Source: the human T2T-CHM13v2.0 reference genome, Homo sapiens
Strand: one strand, 5' to 3'
DNA: 64,000 nt
Assembly (NCBI RefSeq): GCF_009914755.1
Contig: NC_060936.1
Positions within the stretch are counted from its first letter, which is position 1. Each line of letters begins with the position of its first letter. A program made the translations under genes and the position numbers. The notes under the pieces are model-generated. The model was not told the origin of the DNA and ran no database searches. It saw only the letters and a list, made by a program, of their open reading frames with translations. Shown in pieces: positions 13,310 through 25,790 of this stretch.

Positions 13310-13470
13310 GTTGTTACTCAAAAGTGGCCCACTGACTCACAACATCAAGATCACCTGGAGGCTTGGGAGAAATGCAGAGGAGAAGGCCCCACCCCTAGCA
13401 CCTAAATCAGAAGTTGCATTTTAACAAGTTCCCTTGGTCACGTGTATACACAGGAAAGTCTGAGAATTGT
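13310..13470. mobile_element. MER5-family hAT element
   Basis: ATCACCTGGAGGCTT..AGAAATGCAGA..GGCCCCACCCC..AATCAGAA..TGCATTTTAACAAG. Confidence 0.7.
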
Positions 13471-13475
13471 CTATT

Positions 13476-13708
13476 TAGAGCAAGGAGTCTATGGTGGGAG
13501 AGTTGAGTTTGAATACCAGCTCTGCCAATTAGTTGTTCCGTGACATTGGGTAAGTCTCCTAAACTCTGTATCTCAATTTTCTCATGTGTAAGTGGGGTTA
13601 ATAACAAAAGTAATGTCATAGGACTGTTGTGAGGATTAAATGAGTCCACACCTGTCAAAGTACTTAAGACAGTGCCTGGGACAGAGTAAGGAATCTGCAA
13701 GTGTTAGA
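13476..13708 (+). mobile_element. MIR SINE
   Basis: TTTGAATACCAGCTCTGCC, CTCAATTTTCTCATGTGTAA, GTTGTGAGGATTAAATGAG. Confidence 0.85.
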
Positions 13709-13971
13709 GATGATGATGATGGTGATCGTGATGGTGATGGTGATGATAATAGTAATGGTGATGATGGTGATGGTGATGGTAATTATGATGGTGATGGTGA
13801 TGATGATATGATGATGGTGGTGGTGGTGGTGATGATGATGGTGATAATGATGATGATGATCATGATGATAATGGTGATGATGATGGTGATAATGGTGATA
13901 GTGATGATGATAGTGATGGTGATGATGATGGTGATGATGATGTTGGTGATAATGGTGATGATGATGATGAT
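13709..13971. repeat. Imperfect (GAT/GGT)n trinucleotide repeat, ~260 bp
   Basis: Directly visible. Confidence 0.95.
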
Positions 13972-14534
13972 GCAAATACAGTTAAGGAAATACCAGTGTG
14001 ATTACTTCCATTTGTAACCTAATCCGAAGCTTCGTTAACCTAATTCCTATAGTAAATTGATCATTTGCTGGCCTTGAACCCTAGCGGAAGGGTGAAGGGT
14101 AGAGATTCTACTCTGTGGGTCTTAACCACAAATGTGAGAGGAGTCTGGGCATCCAACAGGTACCACGTGGAGAATGGGATGATAAGCAGGTATGGGCATT
14201 TGAGCATCACTCTTAAAAGTTGTTTTCACAGGCCAAAAGTCACCTGCATCTTGCATCTTATCTAGGGATGCTGGGCCCATGTCCTCTTCAGGGTCGATTA
14301 AGCTCCATACAGGCTGAGTTCAAGTAGCAGTGCCAGAGAAGCACAAGGGTCTCAAGAGGTTGTCTGGGATGGTAAGTGGAAGTTACAAAGGGACAATTCT
14401 TCAGTGCTTGTTTAAAATAAAAGGGCCCAACAAGTGAAACCTGACACAAAGAGAGACCTAGCAAGTGAGACCTAACACAAGTTTCCTAGACATCTGGTGT
14501 AGGAAACAGGCACACCTGAGCACACACCTATCAG

Positions 14535-14760
14535 TCTAGTGAATGGTTGCGAATGTGGACTTTGAAGTCAGATGGTCTAGATTGAATCCCAGCTCAACCA
14601 CTTCCTAGATGAGTGGCATTGAACTAGCCACTTCACTTCTTTGACATCAGTTTTCTTATGTGTGAACTGGAGATAACAAGAGTACATGTTCATAGGGTTG
14701 TTAATGAGATATTTGGCAATTAGGAAGTACCTAATAAATGTTAATTGTTATTATCATCAT
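14535..14760 (+). mobile_element. MIR SINE
   Basis: GGACTTTGAAGTCAGA..TTGAATCCCAGCTC..CATCAGTTTTCTTATGTGTGAA..ATAGGGTTGTT. Confidence 0.75.
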
Positions 14761-15399
14761 CATCACTATTAACAGCTAAATGAACTAAAGGTAAAATGAG
14801 TGATTCTGAGATTCCTCATTAGTAAAGTAGGGCTAATAGTCTATGGATTTACAGTATTCATTCATTGGACAAGGACTTATCTTCACATACACACTTGTTT
14901 TAGGGGATAGGAATACAGGGGTGAGCACGTCAGACATTGTCCCCTCATGGAGTTGACATGGAACGAGGAATGAGCAAGCAAACAAATAAAGGAACAAGGG
15001 CAGACAGCGAATGGCCCCCAATAAATGTTCCCTAAATATATTTTCATTAGATGGAATAAAGGCTGGAATCTTTATCCACACGGAGAGAGGAAGAATGTAT
15101 TATTTCTACATTCCACACCTCTGACTCCTCTCTACCTTAGCCAGACTTAGACCTGGAGTTAATGAAAGAGGGGATGACATATGGCTTACGGTTCGTACCA
15201 ATGCAATACTCAATTTGCCTTAGGGTTGGTGGTCATAAACTGGCCCGGCTCCTTCCAGGGGGTGCAGAGAGCTGATTTTCAATGTATGGGCTGTCACATA
15301 CCAGCAAGTGGCTTAATCTCCTCTATGAGCCTCAGTTTCCTCATCTGTACCAATGTACCAACCAAGGTCACTCACCCCCTCTCTTCCTCACCTCCATAA

Positions 15400-16027
15400 A
15401 GAGAACCCTCAGGTACCCAGTTGTTTGGGCCAAAACAGTGGCCTCTTCTTTCCCTCCCACAGTCCACACCCATCCATCAGCACATCCTGCTGGCTTCACT
15501 TCCACTAGGCATCATTAACTGGTCCTTGTCTCGACTTCACAGCTTTGCTCCTCTTACTCCAGTGCAAGCATCCAAGACTCCTGGGTGCCTTGAACCAGCT
15601 CTTAATTAGACTTCAGGCTTCCTTGGCTACTCCTATAGGCTGTGGTCTACAATTGGCCAGAGTGATCCTTCTGAAAGAAAAATAAGACCTTTCAGGACTC
15701 CAGCTTAGTGTCTTTGCACTTTCATTTTTATCAGCCTGAGAAGCTCTTTTCCCAAAAATTGCTCTCACTTCACCCACCTTCCTAAAGTTGCACCCCCAAA
15801 TCAGACTTTTCCCTTATTTTGCTTTATTTTTGTTCACAACACATATCACTGCATTAACAGATACAATTACTTGTATATTACTTTAGAGTCTGCATCCTCC
15901 ACTAGAATGTAAGGTCCATGAATTTAGGACTCTCGTCTATTTTGTTCACTGGCAAAACCCCAAAATTTGGGCCTGACAAATAGTAAGCAAGTGACACCTA
16001 TTTGTTAAATGAATGAATGAATGAATA
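15400..16027 (+). mobile_element. L2 3' region
   Basis: CCAGAGTGATCCTTCTGAAA, CACTAGAATGTAAGGTCCATGA, terminal (TGAA)n. Confidence 0.75.
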
Positions 16028-18974
16028 AAATGTCCAAGGATAATAATAATACACCCCACGAGTGTGAAGAGGATTAAATCAGATAGTGCCTATATGTTTT
16101 AAGAACAATGACAGGACACAGAACTAAGCATAGACCTTTCTATCATTTTTCTCCCTTTTTTCCTTCTTCCTCATTTTTTAATCGCTAATAGTAAGCACCA
16201 TAGTCAGGACTTGATACTCAGTTTGCGGGATGACCATAGCTGTTTCATGAGGCCAACATATAGCCTTTCTTTTCCATGTCCTCGGCAATATATACCCATA
16301 TGTCCCGTCTACAGGTAGACAATGCAAGAAGCCTTTGAACTAAAATCACAAGTTCCACCCCTCATTTTATGCGATATTCACAATTTAACATTTAAGCATG
16401 AACAAAACAATCTGAAGTTGCCTCATTGACTTAGGAACCCTGAAACCCTGTGGAAGCAGCAGGTTTCCTCTTTCCAATCATTCTCCTCTCCCATAAATTA
16501 TGTTAAGTGCTTCCATGTGCCCACAGTCCTTAAGGAATTCTGCAACAGCCTTTGAGGAGATTAGAAGCCTCTGATGTTCCTTATGAAATTCAGAAAACCA
16601 TCTGGAAGTAATCTAAGTTAAGGAATTAATGATTTGGGGGTTAAATGATACATGACTTAAAAAAAATAAATACAGAAAACTTTATTAGCCCATGAACCTC
16701 AATTTTTGTGGATTTACCTATGAAAGAGAAATTGACTATATCATCTGTTTTATTTGTTTGTTCAGTTTTGTGTGCATGTTTGTTTGACTGCTCTTGAGAG
16801 GGACACGCAATAGATTAAATGGAGTCCTAAAGGAAGGTTTGCAGAGAAGCTTTCATTTGCTGGGTCTCCTGAAGGCTCTCACAGGGGATGCCCGGAGGCA
16901 TCATAGTCTCAAGGGGCATCTGTGATTCAGGATCACCTGAAGACAGTGGCTGCCTTTGGGGTGCTGTGCAGTGAGCTTATCTGATTGAGAATCCTTTCCC
17001 CACTCCAACCCCATGTTGAATTAGTATTTATTTTGCTGTGGCTTGTTTGGTAGCCCCTGGTTTTGATTATTTGCATCACAGAGATGTAGTCCAGGACCTG
17101 ACTTGTCTTTGCAGTAGGGACAGCAATGTTCTGTGCCAAAAGGAAAGAAATGATGTGGAAAGAAGGTACATTATGAGGCTGCATAGAACAGGGGAGTGGA
17201 GGGCACTTCTTTGGGTTTTTATTTTTTGTCCCTGTTATCCAATAGGGAGGAGAGAGGATAAGGCAGATTCCCATCCTCAGTTACAAACAATGGGACATGT
17301 GTATTTCTCCCTCATGCTGGGAACATTTAAATGAAAAAAAAATTATTCCCCGGTGATGTTCAGGCTCAAAGCACTGAGAATAAAACGTACCTTCCGTTTT
17401 AGGAGCCCAAATCTACTTTACAACTGCCCCCTGCCCCCAAGGTCAGGTCTACACTAGCTGAATGTACTGAAGAATTGGGCGATTATCAGCATAATCCACT
17501 TTAAAAATCAAGTCTCTGCTATCCAGGCCTATGAGAATCAAGCTTTTACCGTTCCCTTTGGGGCCTGGATAGTTTTCAAGCTGCCTTCTCCTCACATCAT
17601 GTGAGTAGAGCCGGCCAAGAAAACCAGGGAGACATCTCCCCCCAGCCTGGCCCAGACTTCCGGGCCCCACCCCAGGAGAGAGCCTCCCACTCTGGCCAGT
17701 GCCCTGCAAAGCCTTCGCCCCACCCCGCCCCAATTTCTCCTTATGCCTGGCTCATTCCTTAGGGGCTGAGTTGGGAGATAAGACTTGGGGTTGCAGTTGC
17801 TGGGGATCATTCGTTTACATTTCTTTTCTTTCAATCAAGGACTTCTTTTTTTCTTTTGAAATTCTTTCCTGCACTGATGGTGAGAAAAGACCCCTCAGGC
17901 TTCCTTTTGATGTTGGACCGAGCCAGCCCACGGTGAGAGGGGATGCTGAGCCCGTGGTGAGGAGCTCAGGACAGGAGGGGACGTCCAGAGACCTCCGAAC
18001 CCATGGCCCTTCATTCCCAGTCACAAGGGGGGAGTCGGGGTCCCGCCCTCAAACTGCTCAGACCACGCGTGGCAGAAAGAGCAGAGCATGAGCATCAGGA
18101 ACCGCACAGGGAAGCCGCTGAGATCACCTGGGATCACCACCATGAGGGAGGCCAGCCCTGGAGAAATCAGAGGGAAAAGATAGAGAGAACGAAGTCGGGG
18201 GGGGGGGGGGAGGGCGGATCTTCCTTGTCTGAGTCTGCAGAGAAATTGCCTATTGCAGGAGCAAGTCTAGAGAGGGGCTATTCTCCACCCACTGAAAAGA
18301 TAATAAAACACATGCTATGGGCGGCGGGGAGATGATTGGGGAGTGGAAGCCCCACAGACATGCAGTGAAAAATGATCCTTTCTTCCCCTCTGCGTTCTCG
18401 TCCCCTTCCCAGAGACACCGCTGTGATCTCGTGCCTCGCCCCCTCCGCACACGCACAGGTGCACACCCGCATCTGTCTTGAGCCCGCACCCCGCCTTCAC
18501 GCTCCGCTGCGCGCTGCTTTTCCGCGCTCAGTGATCCAGTTAGGAGCTCTCCCCGCAGCAGCTGCGCGGGACTTTGCATTCCAGATGTCCCCAGCCCTCC
18601 AGGCTAAAGCAGCGGCCACCTGAAGTTGAGGAATGGGGCGTGACGACCACCAGGTCCCGCAGTGACCACGGGAGGGTGGGGAGAAGGAGTCCAGCTCCGC
18701 CTTGAGCGTCGGGTCCCTGGGCAGGACCCTCCGGGCCACGGGCCGCTGTCCGTTGGGCACCCGGGCAGGAGTCTGCGAACGCTGAGTTTCTCTGGAAAGG
18801 CGCGGACCCCCGGAGGAGCCGTCCCAGCCGCCTGGGGAGACGCCCCCTCCTCTCCCGGTCTTCTTTCCCGGGCACACCCTCCCTAGCCCGGGCGGGGGGG
18901 TTCTCCATCTGCCGCCCCTCCCGGCGGGCAGGCGAACTCTCTCCTACCGCACCCTCAATCTGTCCGCGGTCGCG

Positions 18975-19035
18975 GGGCTCGGCGGGGGCGGGGCCCGGGC
19001 GGGGGCGGGGGCGGGGCCGGGGGCGGGGCGGGCCG
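18975..19035 (+). promoter_or_regulatory. Cluster of GC boxes (Sp/KLF sites), TATA-less core promoter
   Basis: Several tandem GGGGCGGGG motifs ~270-320 nt upstream of the ATG. Confidence 0.75.
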
Positions 19036-19219
19036 GCGGCTGCGGAGGCTGCGGAGGCTGCGGGAGAAAAGTTGTCCCGGCCGGAGCGCGAGCAGCGGCG
19101 GAGCCGGAGCCGCCAGAGCCAGAGCCGGAGCTGCGGCGGCGTGGACCCGGCAGGGGCGGGCCTCGGACAGCAGAGACGCAGCGGGCCCGGCCGACCGGGC
19201 TGCGGGAGTGGCCCCGGGC

Positions 19220-19282
19220 ATGGGGCGGCCGGCGGGGGCCGCGGGCGGGCGCTGCGCTTCGGGCTGGCGGCGGGCTGCGTGA
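19220..19282 (+). other. Putative uORF (20 aa, MGRPAGAAGGRCASGWRRAA) in the TMEM132C 5' UTR
   Basis: GGCATGG context; TGA at 19280-19282; out of frame with the main ATG. Translation not demonstrated. Confidence 0.55.
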
Positions 19283-19298
19283 GCGGCCGGGACGCAGG

Positions 19299-19383
19299 AT
19301 GCGCTCCGAGGGTGCGGCCCCCGGGCCGGCGGCGCCGCTGTGCGGGGCGCTGAGCCTGCTGCTGGGCGCGCTGCTGGGCAAAG
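19299..19383 (+). CDS. TMEM132C: Transmembrane protein 132C, first coding exon (signal peptide); remaining exons lie beyond the window
   Basis: Encodes MRSEGAAPGPAAPLCGALSLLLGALLGK, recognised as the TMEM132C N-terminus; hydrophobic core; 85 nt then AAG|GTAAGG donor; MIR3612, which I recall as lying in TMEM132C intron 1, is downstream. Confidence 0.93.
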
Positions 19384-20758
19384 GTAAGGCCGGGGCGGGT
19401 GCCTGGCGCGCCGACGCATGCGAACTTCCCGGTTCCGGGGGAGCTCGGGGTGAGGGCAGCCGAAGCGAGGGGTGCGGCGGGGGCCTCGGCGGGGGCTCGG
19501 ATCCCATCAACAGCGCCTCTGCGGGTGCCGAGCCGCCCCTAATCCAGAAGGGCGCTCCCAGCTGGGCGCCGGGATCCGGGCAAGTTAGGCTGGTCCCGAG
19601 TCCCGAATCTCCCACCCCGGACCCCCCAGACCCAGAGCTGCCCCGCGGATGAGGAGGGGGCGTGGCTGAGGGACACGGTGTTTGTTCCCCATCCCTGAGT
19701 TCCGTGCGGACCTGCCCCAGCCCCAGCACAGTCACCCTGTGGAACTGGCATCCAGGAGAGGTGCTCCGCTCTGTGCGCTCCTTCCTCCCGGCTGTGTGCT
19801 CCCTGTCCACAGCTCCCCATCCACAGCTTCGGCACTGTGGGGCTGGTGCTCCAGGAGGGAAGGCCCGGTTCTTTGCATCCCCTTTCCGCAACCGCTAGGG
19901 TCTCTGTGCGGGCCCTAGAGGAACGCTCACTCATCGCGCAGCTCACCAGGGACCCCAGCTTGGCAGAAACCAGGGGCTCTCTGCGGGTTCTCTCAAATGA
20001 GTCCTTTGCGGTGGGGGAGCGCGGATGGGGAGGTGGGTGCGTCCCTCGCGACGGGAACTACCTCACCAGCGGTCCTGTCCGGGGCTCCTTCACCTCAGTG
20101 TCCTCTTCTCTACAATGGGAGTGACGGCCCTGCTTTGGGTTGGAGGAATTTAAAGGAGTTAACGTATGGCGCCCGCAGGGCTCACGAAAGGTAGCCGTGT
20201 GGTTTTTCCGACCTTTTTTATTATGTGCGTGTGCGGCCGAGTGGCCGCGCGGATGCGGCGGCGGGAAGGGCGGGGAGAGGCGGTCTCCAGCCCCAGGAGC
20301 CGCGGGGCAGGCGGGGAGCAAGGCCTAGGCTCTGCCAGGGCAGCAGCTGCCCGAGTCCCGGGGCGCGCCCAGGGCGTAGAAAAAGGAGAGCGTCGCTTTC
20401 CTGCTCCCCGCGCCCTGGCGAAGGTCTCGGGTTCATTTGGTTAAACGGAGGTGCGCACATGGGTGCCCTGAGCCTTCGCGCGGCGCCGCGGGTCCAGTAT
20501 CGGCCCCAGGCTCTGAGCAGAGAACACTCAAAGCCACCCTTCTCCCGCCTAATGCTCTGAGGCTGAGCTAGAAATGCATTCAGAGAGACAAGTTGTCAAT
20601 GGAGGTTTAAAAGTAGCGTTTGCTTTTCAAAAGTCATTCTGCACCGCCTGAAAATCCAGAAAAATCTACTTTCCTTGAGGCTGCGCTTTCCCAGATACAC
20701 CAACCAGACAAGTTTGCTATGTTTTATATAAGTGTTCCTTTCTTCCAAGAGCTCCAGG

Positions 20759-20903
20759 TAGAGAGGAGGGTGGGGTGAGAGAGGGGGGGGAAGAAGGAGT
20801 GAGAGAAGAGGGAAAGAGAGGGTGGGGCGAGAGAGGGGGGAAAGGGGGTGAGAGACGAGGGAAAGGGGGGGCAAGTCGGGGGTGGAGGAGTAGGAGAGGG
20901 GGG
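20759..20903 (+). repeat. G-rich polypurine tract
   Basis: Many G3-G7 runs separated by short A/G loops. Confidence 0.9.
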
Positions 20904-21239
20904 CACTTTTCTATTTTATTTGAAAGAGTCAACAGTCACGATCTGGTGCCTGAATTCTGCTGTTAATTAGCTCTAGGTTCCAGCGTTTCTAGGATTCAGT
21001 TTTCCTAGATGCAAAGTGGCCATTGAAGAATTCCCTTCCCAACCTACCTCCCAGCAGTTTTTTGTTGATAAAATGACTGAATGGGTAGTAAAGCACTTTG
21101 CAGAGGAAGGCGGTGCTAATTGAGCAGGGCGTGACCGACCTCCTCCGGGTTTTCACCCCTTGCCCTTGAGAGAATTTAACCAGGCGAACTGGATGTTCCC
21201 TTTAAAGCAAGTGTGGACTGTTCTTCATTAAGGCTCACA

Positions 21240-21243
<4 letters not shown>

Positions 21244-21281
<38 letters not shown>
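21244..21281. repeat. (GT)19 microsatellite
   Basis: Directly visible. Confidence 0.97.
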
Positions 21282-21283
<2 letters not shown>

Positions 21284-22876
21284 CCAGAGGATTTTACTTT
21301 TGATTACGAGAGTGGCTGTTACAGATGTCCATGTGTTCAGTGCTGGGGGCAGTGATTTGGCTGGAAAGGCAACTGGGACTGGATTTGAAGCTGATATTTG
21401 CACAACAAGGGAAAGTGCTGAAAACTAGGGACGTAGCGAAGCCCCACCCCTATCCCAAACCGCCTCTGCCCTCTAGCTAAGTGCAACCTTGATTTGATGG
21501 GGCTTTCTTTCCCTGCTTTTTGCTTTACAAAGTTCACCACGTGATTTGGGGGTGCATAAGGGCCTGCAACTTATCATCTGCAAAATACATTTTCCGTTTG
21601 TTTCTCATGATCAAAAGCAGCAGTTCATTCCCCCCTCGGATTCCTCCACACGTAAAGCGTTTGCACCGTAAGATATCTTCTAGAGAGGAAAGTTTGCTGA
21701 CCTTGTTTACATTTCTGCTGTCTTTAAAAAAAAAAAGCCATCTCTGTCTCTTCCTGCACACGGATTTAAGTGCTGATTTCTGGAATCCTTGAAACCACTG
21801 ATTAATTTTTAATACCAATTGTCTGTTTATTTTTGACTGTGGATTTAGAGGCTTTGCAATTTGTCAGGGTTCGGAAAAGGCAGAATTGTTCTTGGGAGGT
21901 TCCATAAATAGGACAGGGCATTGAAAGAAAGAAATCTTTTCCTAAGATTTAAGACTTGGGCCGAGGCAGGAGAGGCAAAACATCCTTGAATTAGAGGTTG
22001 ATGTATTGCGCCTGTATAAAGCAAGTGGAAGGGCGGTGCCAGGCTGAGATGCCCTCGGAAGTTTAGTGATGGTTGTTAGTCACATATGAGACCTTCTGGG
22101 AAGGTTATGTGGGACCACATTCTCTTTTCTGAAATCTGTGGGGGCAAATGTATTTCAAGATTTAGAATTACTGATATCTTTGAATGACAAGATAGAAGGA
22201 AAGATAGAAAAATAGAGGCATGAAGTCATATGCATGTGTGGTATGGCACCCTTAGTCTGCGTCTGGAGTTGCAGCCTGTAATTGCACATCGTGCTGACTT
22301 TGTGTGCAATGTATGAATCTTTACCTAAAGAAGGATAATAAGACCCCAAATAGCTTGACTTCAGATCAGTGTTGGCCACGGAATGAATTAAATACAACCA
22401 ACCAGCCAAACCTTGGGATTGTCAGTGCTTTAGGGGTTTTGGGTTTCTGGTAAGGGATTTACGTTCTATAGCAGGGATGAGAAATAGGATCCTCCTAGGA
22501 TGTCATCAGGGTGGAGAAGCCCCTCTCAACTCACCCGCATTCGTGCTGCCACCAACGAATGATGCTCTTGTCTTGTCCTGCATACACTTACATGTGTACA
22601 CTTAGCACAGACACATAGGTTTTCTTTTCATCCTTGTCCCTTCTTATCCCTCAAGTCGAAATTCCTTACTGTGTTTTAGCCTCTTAGTAGTTATTGCAAC
22701 TTCTTGGAAATCATTCTATTAAACCATCAGATCTCAATGTGTCCTATTATAGTTCTTCTTCTATACCCAAATTTCTTTACTAGTGCTTGCGAACTTCAGG
22801 ACCCACAGACAAGTACTGTTTTATCCATACAATTTTTTTTTTCAAAGGCTCCCAACATTTAAAAATTGTGAGAGTT

Positions 22877-23250
<374 letters not shown>

Positions 23251-23924
23251 TTAGGATTTCCACAATGTGTACATATATCAAATCATCATATTGTACTCTG
23301 TAACTGTATATACATTTTATCTGTCCATTATAAAAAAGATTTTATTTCTAGTTTGCTAGAAGTTGCATATAGAATTTTATCAAATGCTCTTTTGCATCTA
23401 CTGAGATGATCAAATAAGTTTTCTCCTTCATTATGAAAAGCAAATTAGGATTTCCAACTTCTCTCAAAAGTGTCGAGAGTCTGCCAATCTTGGGTGTAAT
23501 TTCTTTTATGGCTACCTTGTGCCAAAGCTGAGCAGGGGTGTCCTCCTCTGGAGAATGTGTTTATTCAGGTCCTCTCTTCCTCTGCTCACTCGCCTGACCC
23601 TTCCCTTAAGCAGTTGAGTTTTGCTTCAACCTCTTCTTCGTTCATCTCACTGTTCACAGTTAGCTTAATCACCAGGGTGGCTACAGTCATGCAGAGAAGA
23701 GCTCAGCACTCTCAATTATATTAGTAGTTAACACCTCCATGAGCAGAGGTTAAAACAAAGCCTTTGGATGTATTAGATATTTCATACATCCATAGTCATA
23801 AAAAGCAAGGTTAATAAAAATGTGTCTTTGGTATATTAATTGAAGTGAAGGAAAGTATTACTGAATTAATGGAATAAATGGAACATCTGATCGATAGAAC
23901 ATTTTTACAGCCATCTACTTTGTT

Positions 23925-25790
23925 TAAAAGCCAGGCTTATTAAAGTGTAATTTGCACACAATAAAATTCACCTCTTTGAGTGTATAGTTCTAAGTTTCGA
24001 CAAATGCACACAGTCACGTAAACATCACTAGGATTGCGGTATAGAACGTGCCCATTACTCTCCAAAATTTCTATTTGCCTTTGTAGCCCCCTCCTTCCTC
24101 TACCTCCAGTCCTGGCAACCACTGATTAGTTATTTGTCTCTAGAGTTTTACCTTTTTCAAAATGTCATAAAAACAGGATCATGCAGTATGCAGCTTTTGG
24201 ATCTGCTTTCTTCTACTTAGCAGGATGCATTTGATAGTCACCTATGTATCAATAGTTTGTTCCTTTTCAATGCTGAATGGCATTCCATTGAATGAATGCA
24301 CCACAGTTTATTTCATACTGAAAAGACCTTAAAATTATGTAAGTTTTGGGTAATTATGAAAAATGTTGCTATAAATATTCACCAACAATCTTCATGCAAA
24401 CATATATTTTCATTTCTCCTGAGTAACTAGCTAGGATTGGGATTGCTAGGTTGTATGCAGACTGTATATATAACTTCATAAAATACTGCAAACTCTTTTT
24501 AAACATAGTTTTAGCAGTTTGCATCCCCATCAGCCATGTCTAATAGTTGGTTTGTATCTTCAGCAGCATTTGATATTATCCATTTTGTTTTGATTTTGTT
24601 TAGTCATTCTGATAGGTGTATAATAGGCATTTCTTTGAGGTTTTAATTTTTGCCCTCATGACTAATAATGTTGAATAATATTTCTTGTGCTTAATTGCTG
24701 TCCTTATATTGTCTTTGGTGAAATATCTTTTTCAAATATTGTACCCATTTTTTATTGATTATTTTCCTGTTACGATTTTTGAGAGTGCTTTATATATTCT
24801 GAATGCAAGTCCTTTGTCAGATAAGTGTTTTAAGATAGTTTCTCTGAGTATGTGTCTTTGGAAGAGCAGAGATGTTACATTTTAATGATGTTTAGTTTAT
24901 TAATATTTTCTTTTAGTTATTGGTTTTTTGGTGTCACATCTAAGGAAGCTGTGCCTTACCCAAGGCCACAATGATTCCCTAAATGTGTATAGTGTTGTTC
25001 AGGTCTTCTATATTCCTACTGATCTGTTTGTTCTGTCACTTATTGAGAGAAGAGTATTGAGGTCTCCAACTATGTTATGGTTTTGTCTGTTTTTTATTTT
25101 AGCTCTGACAGCTTTCGTTTCATGTATTTTGAACACTGTCTTAGGTACATACTTAGGATTTTTTTGTTGTTGTTCAATCAATCCACCTTTATGTAATGCC
25201 TTTCTTTATTCTTAGAAATATTTCTTGTTCTAAAATCTATTTTATCTGATATTAATATAGCCACCTCTGCTTTCTTTTGATTGGTATTTTTATGGTAATA
25301 TCTTTTTCATCTTTTTACTTTTAACTTATGTCTCTATATGTAATGTTGGTTGTTTATAGGCAGCATATAGTTGGGTTTCACTTGTTTATCCAATCTGATA
25401 ATCTCTGTCTTTTAAGTGTAATGTTTAGACCACTTATATTTAATGTAATTATTCATCTATTTGTATTAAGATCTACTATTTTGCTCATTGTTTTATTTAT
25501 GTTCCATCTGCTCTTTATTCTTCTTTCCCTACCAGCTTTTATATTGAGTATTTTCTATGGTTCCATTTTATCTCCACTATTGGCTTATTATTTATACTTC
25601 TTTTTAAATTTTAGTCATTGCTCTATGGCTTACAAAATACAATTTTAATTAATCATTACTTGCATTCAAATTATGTTACGGTGCTTTGTATGCTATATAA
25701 GAAATTTACAACAGTATATTCCTTACACTGTTTTCCTCTACTATGTTTTCAAGTACATGCACTCACGTACCCTAGGTGTGACTGGGAGAA
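23925..25790 (-). mobile_element. Ancient L1M (MC/ME-like) fragments
   Basis: CCTGGCAACCACTGAT, GGATTGCTAGGTTGTATG, AGTCCTTTGTCAGATA, ATCCAATCTGATAATCTCTGTCTTTTAA. Confidence 0.8.

Larger units (their letters stand above)
18400..20560. promoter_or_regulatory. CpG island spanning the TMEM132C promoter, exon 1 and start of intron 1
   Basis: Abrupt rise in GC content and CpG density against CpG-depleted flanks. Confidence 0.95.

Noticed and set aside
13640-14017. Poly-His and poly-Met/Asp ORFs
   Set aside because: Translations of a trinucleotide repeat
18741-19172. REST/RE1 half-sites (GCTGTCCG, CGGACAGC) near the promoter
   Set aside because: The matching TTCAGCACC half is absent at canonical spacing
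19384-19652. Continuation of the 117-aa ORF beyond codon 28
   Set aside because: Read-through into the intron past a canonical donor
18944-19891. 315-aa minus-strand ORF and other overlapping ORFs in the CpG island
   Set aside because: Low-complexity Pro/Ala/Arg/Gly translations expected from stop-poor GC-rich DNA; no recognisable domain
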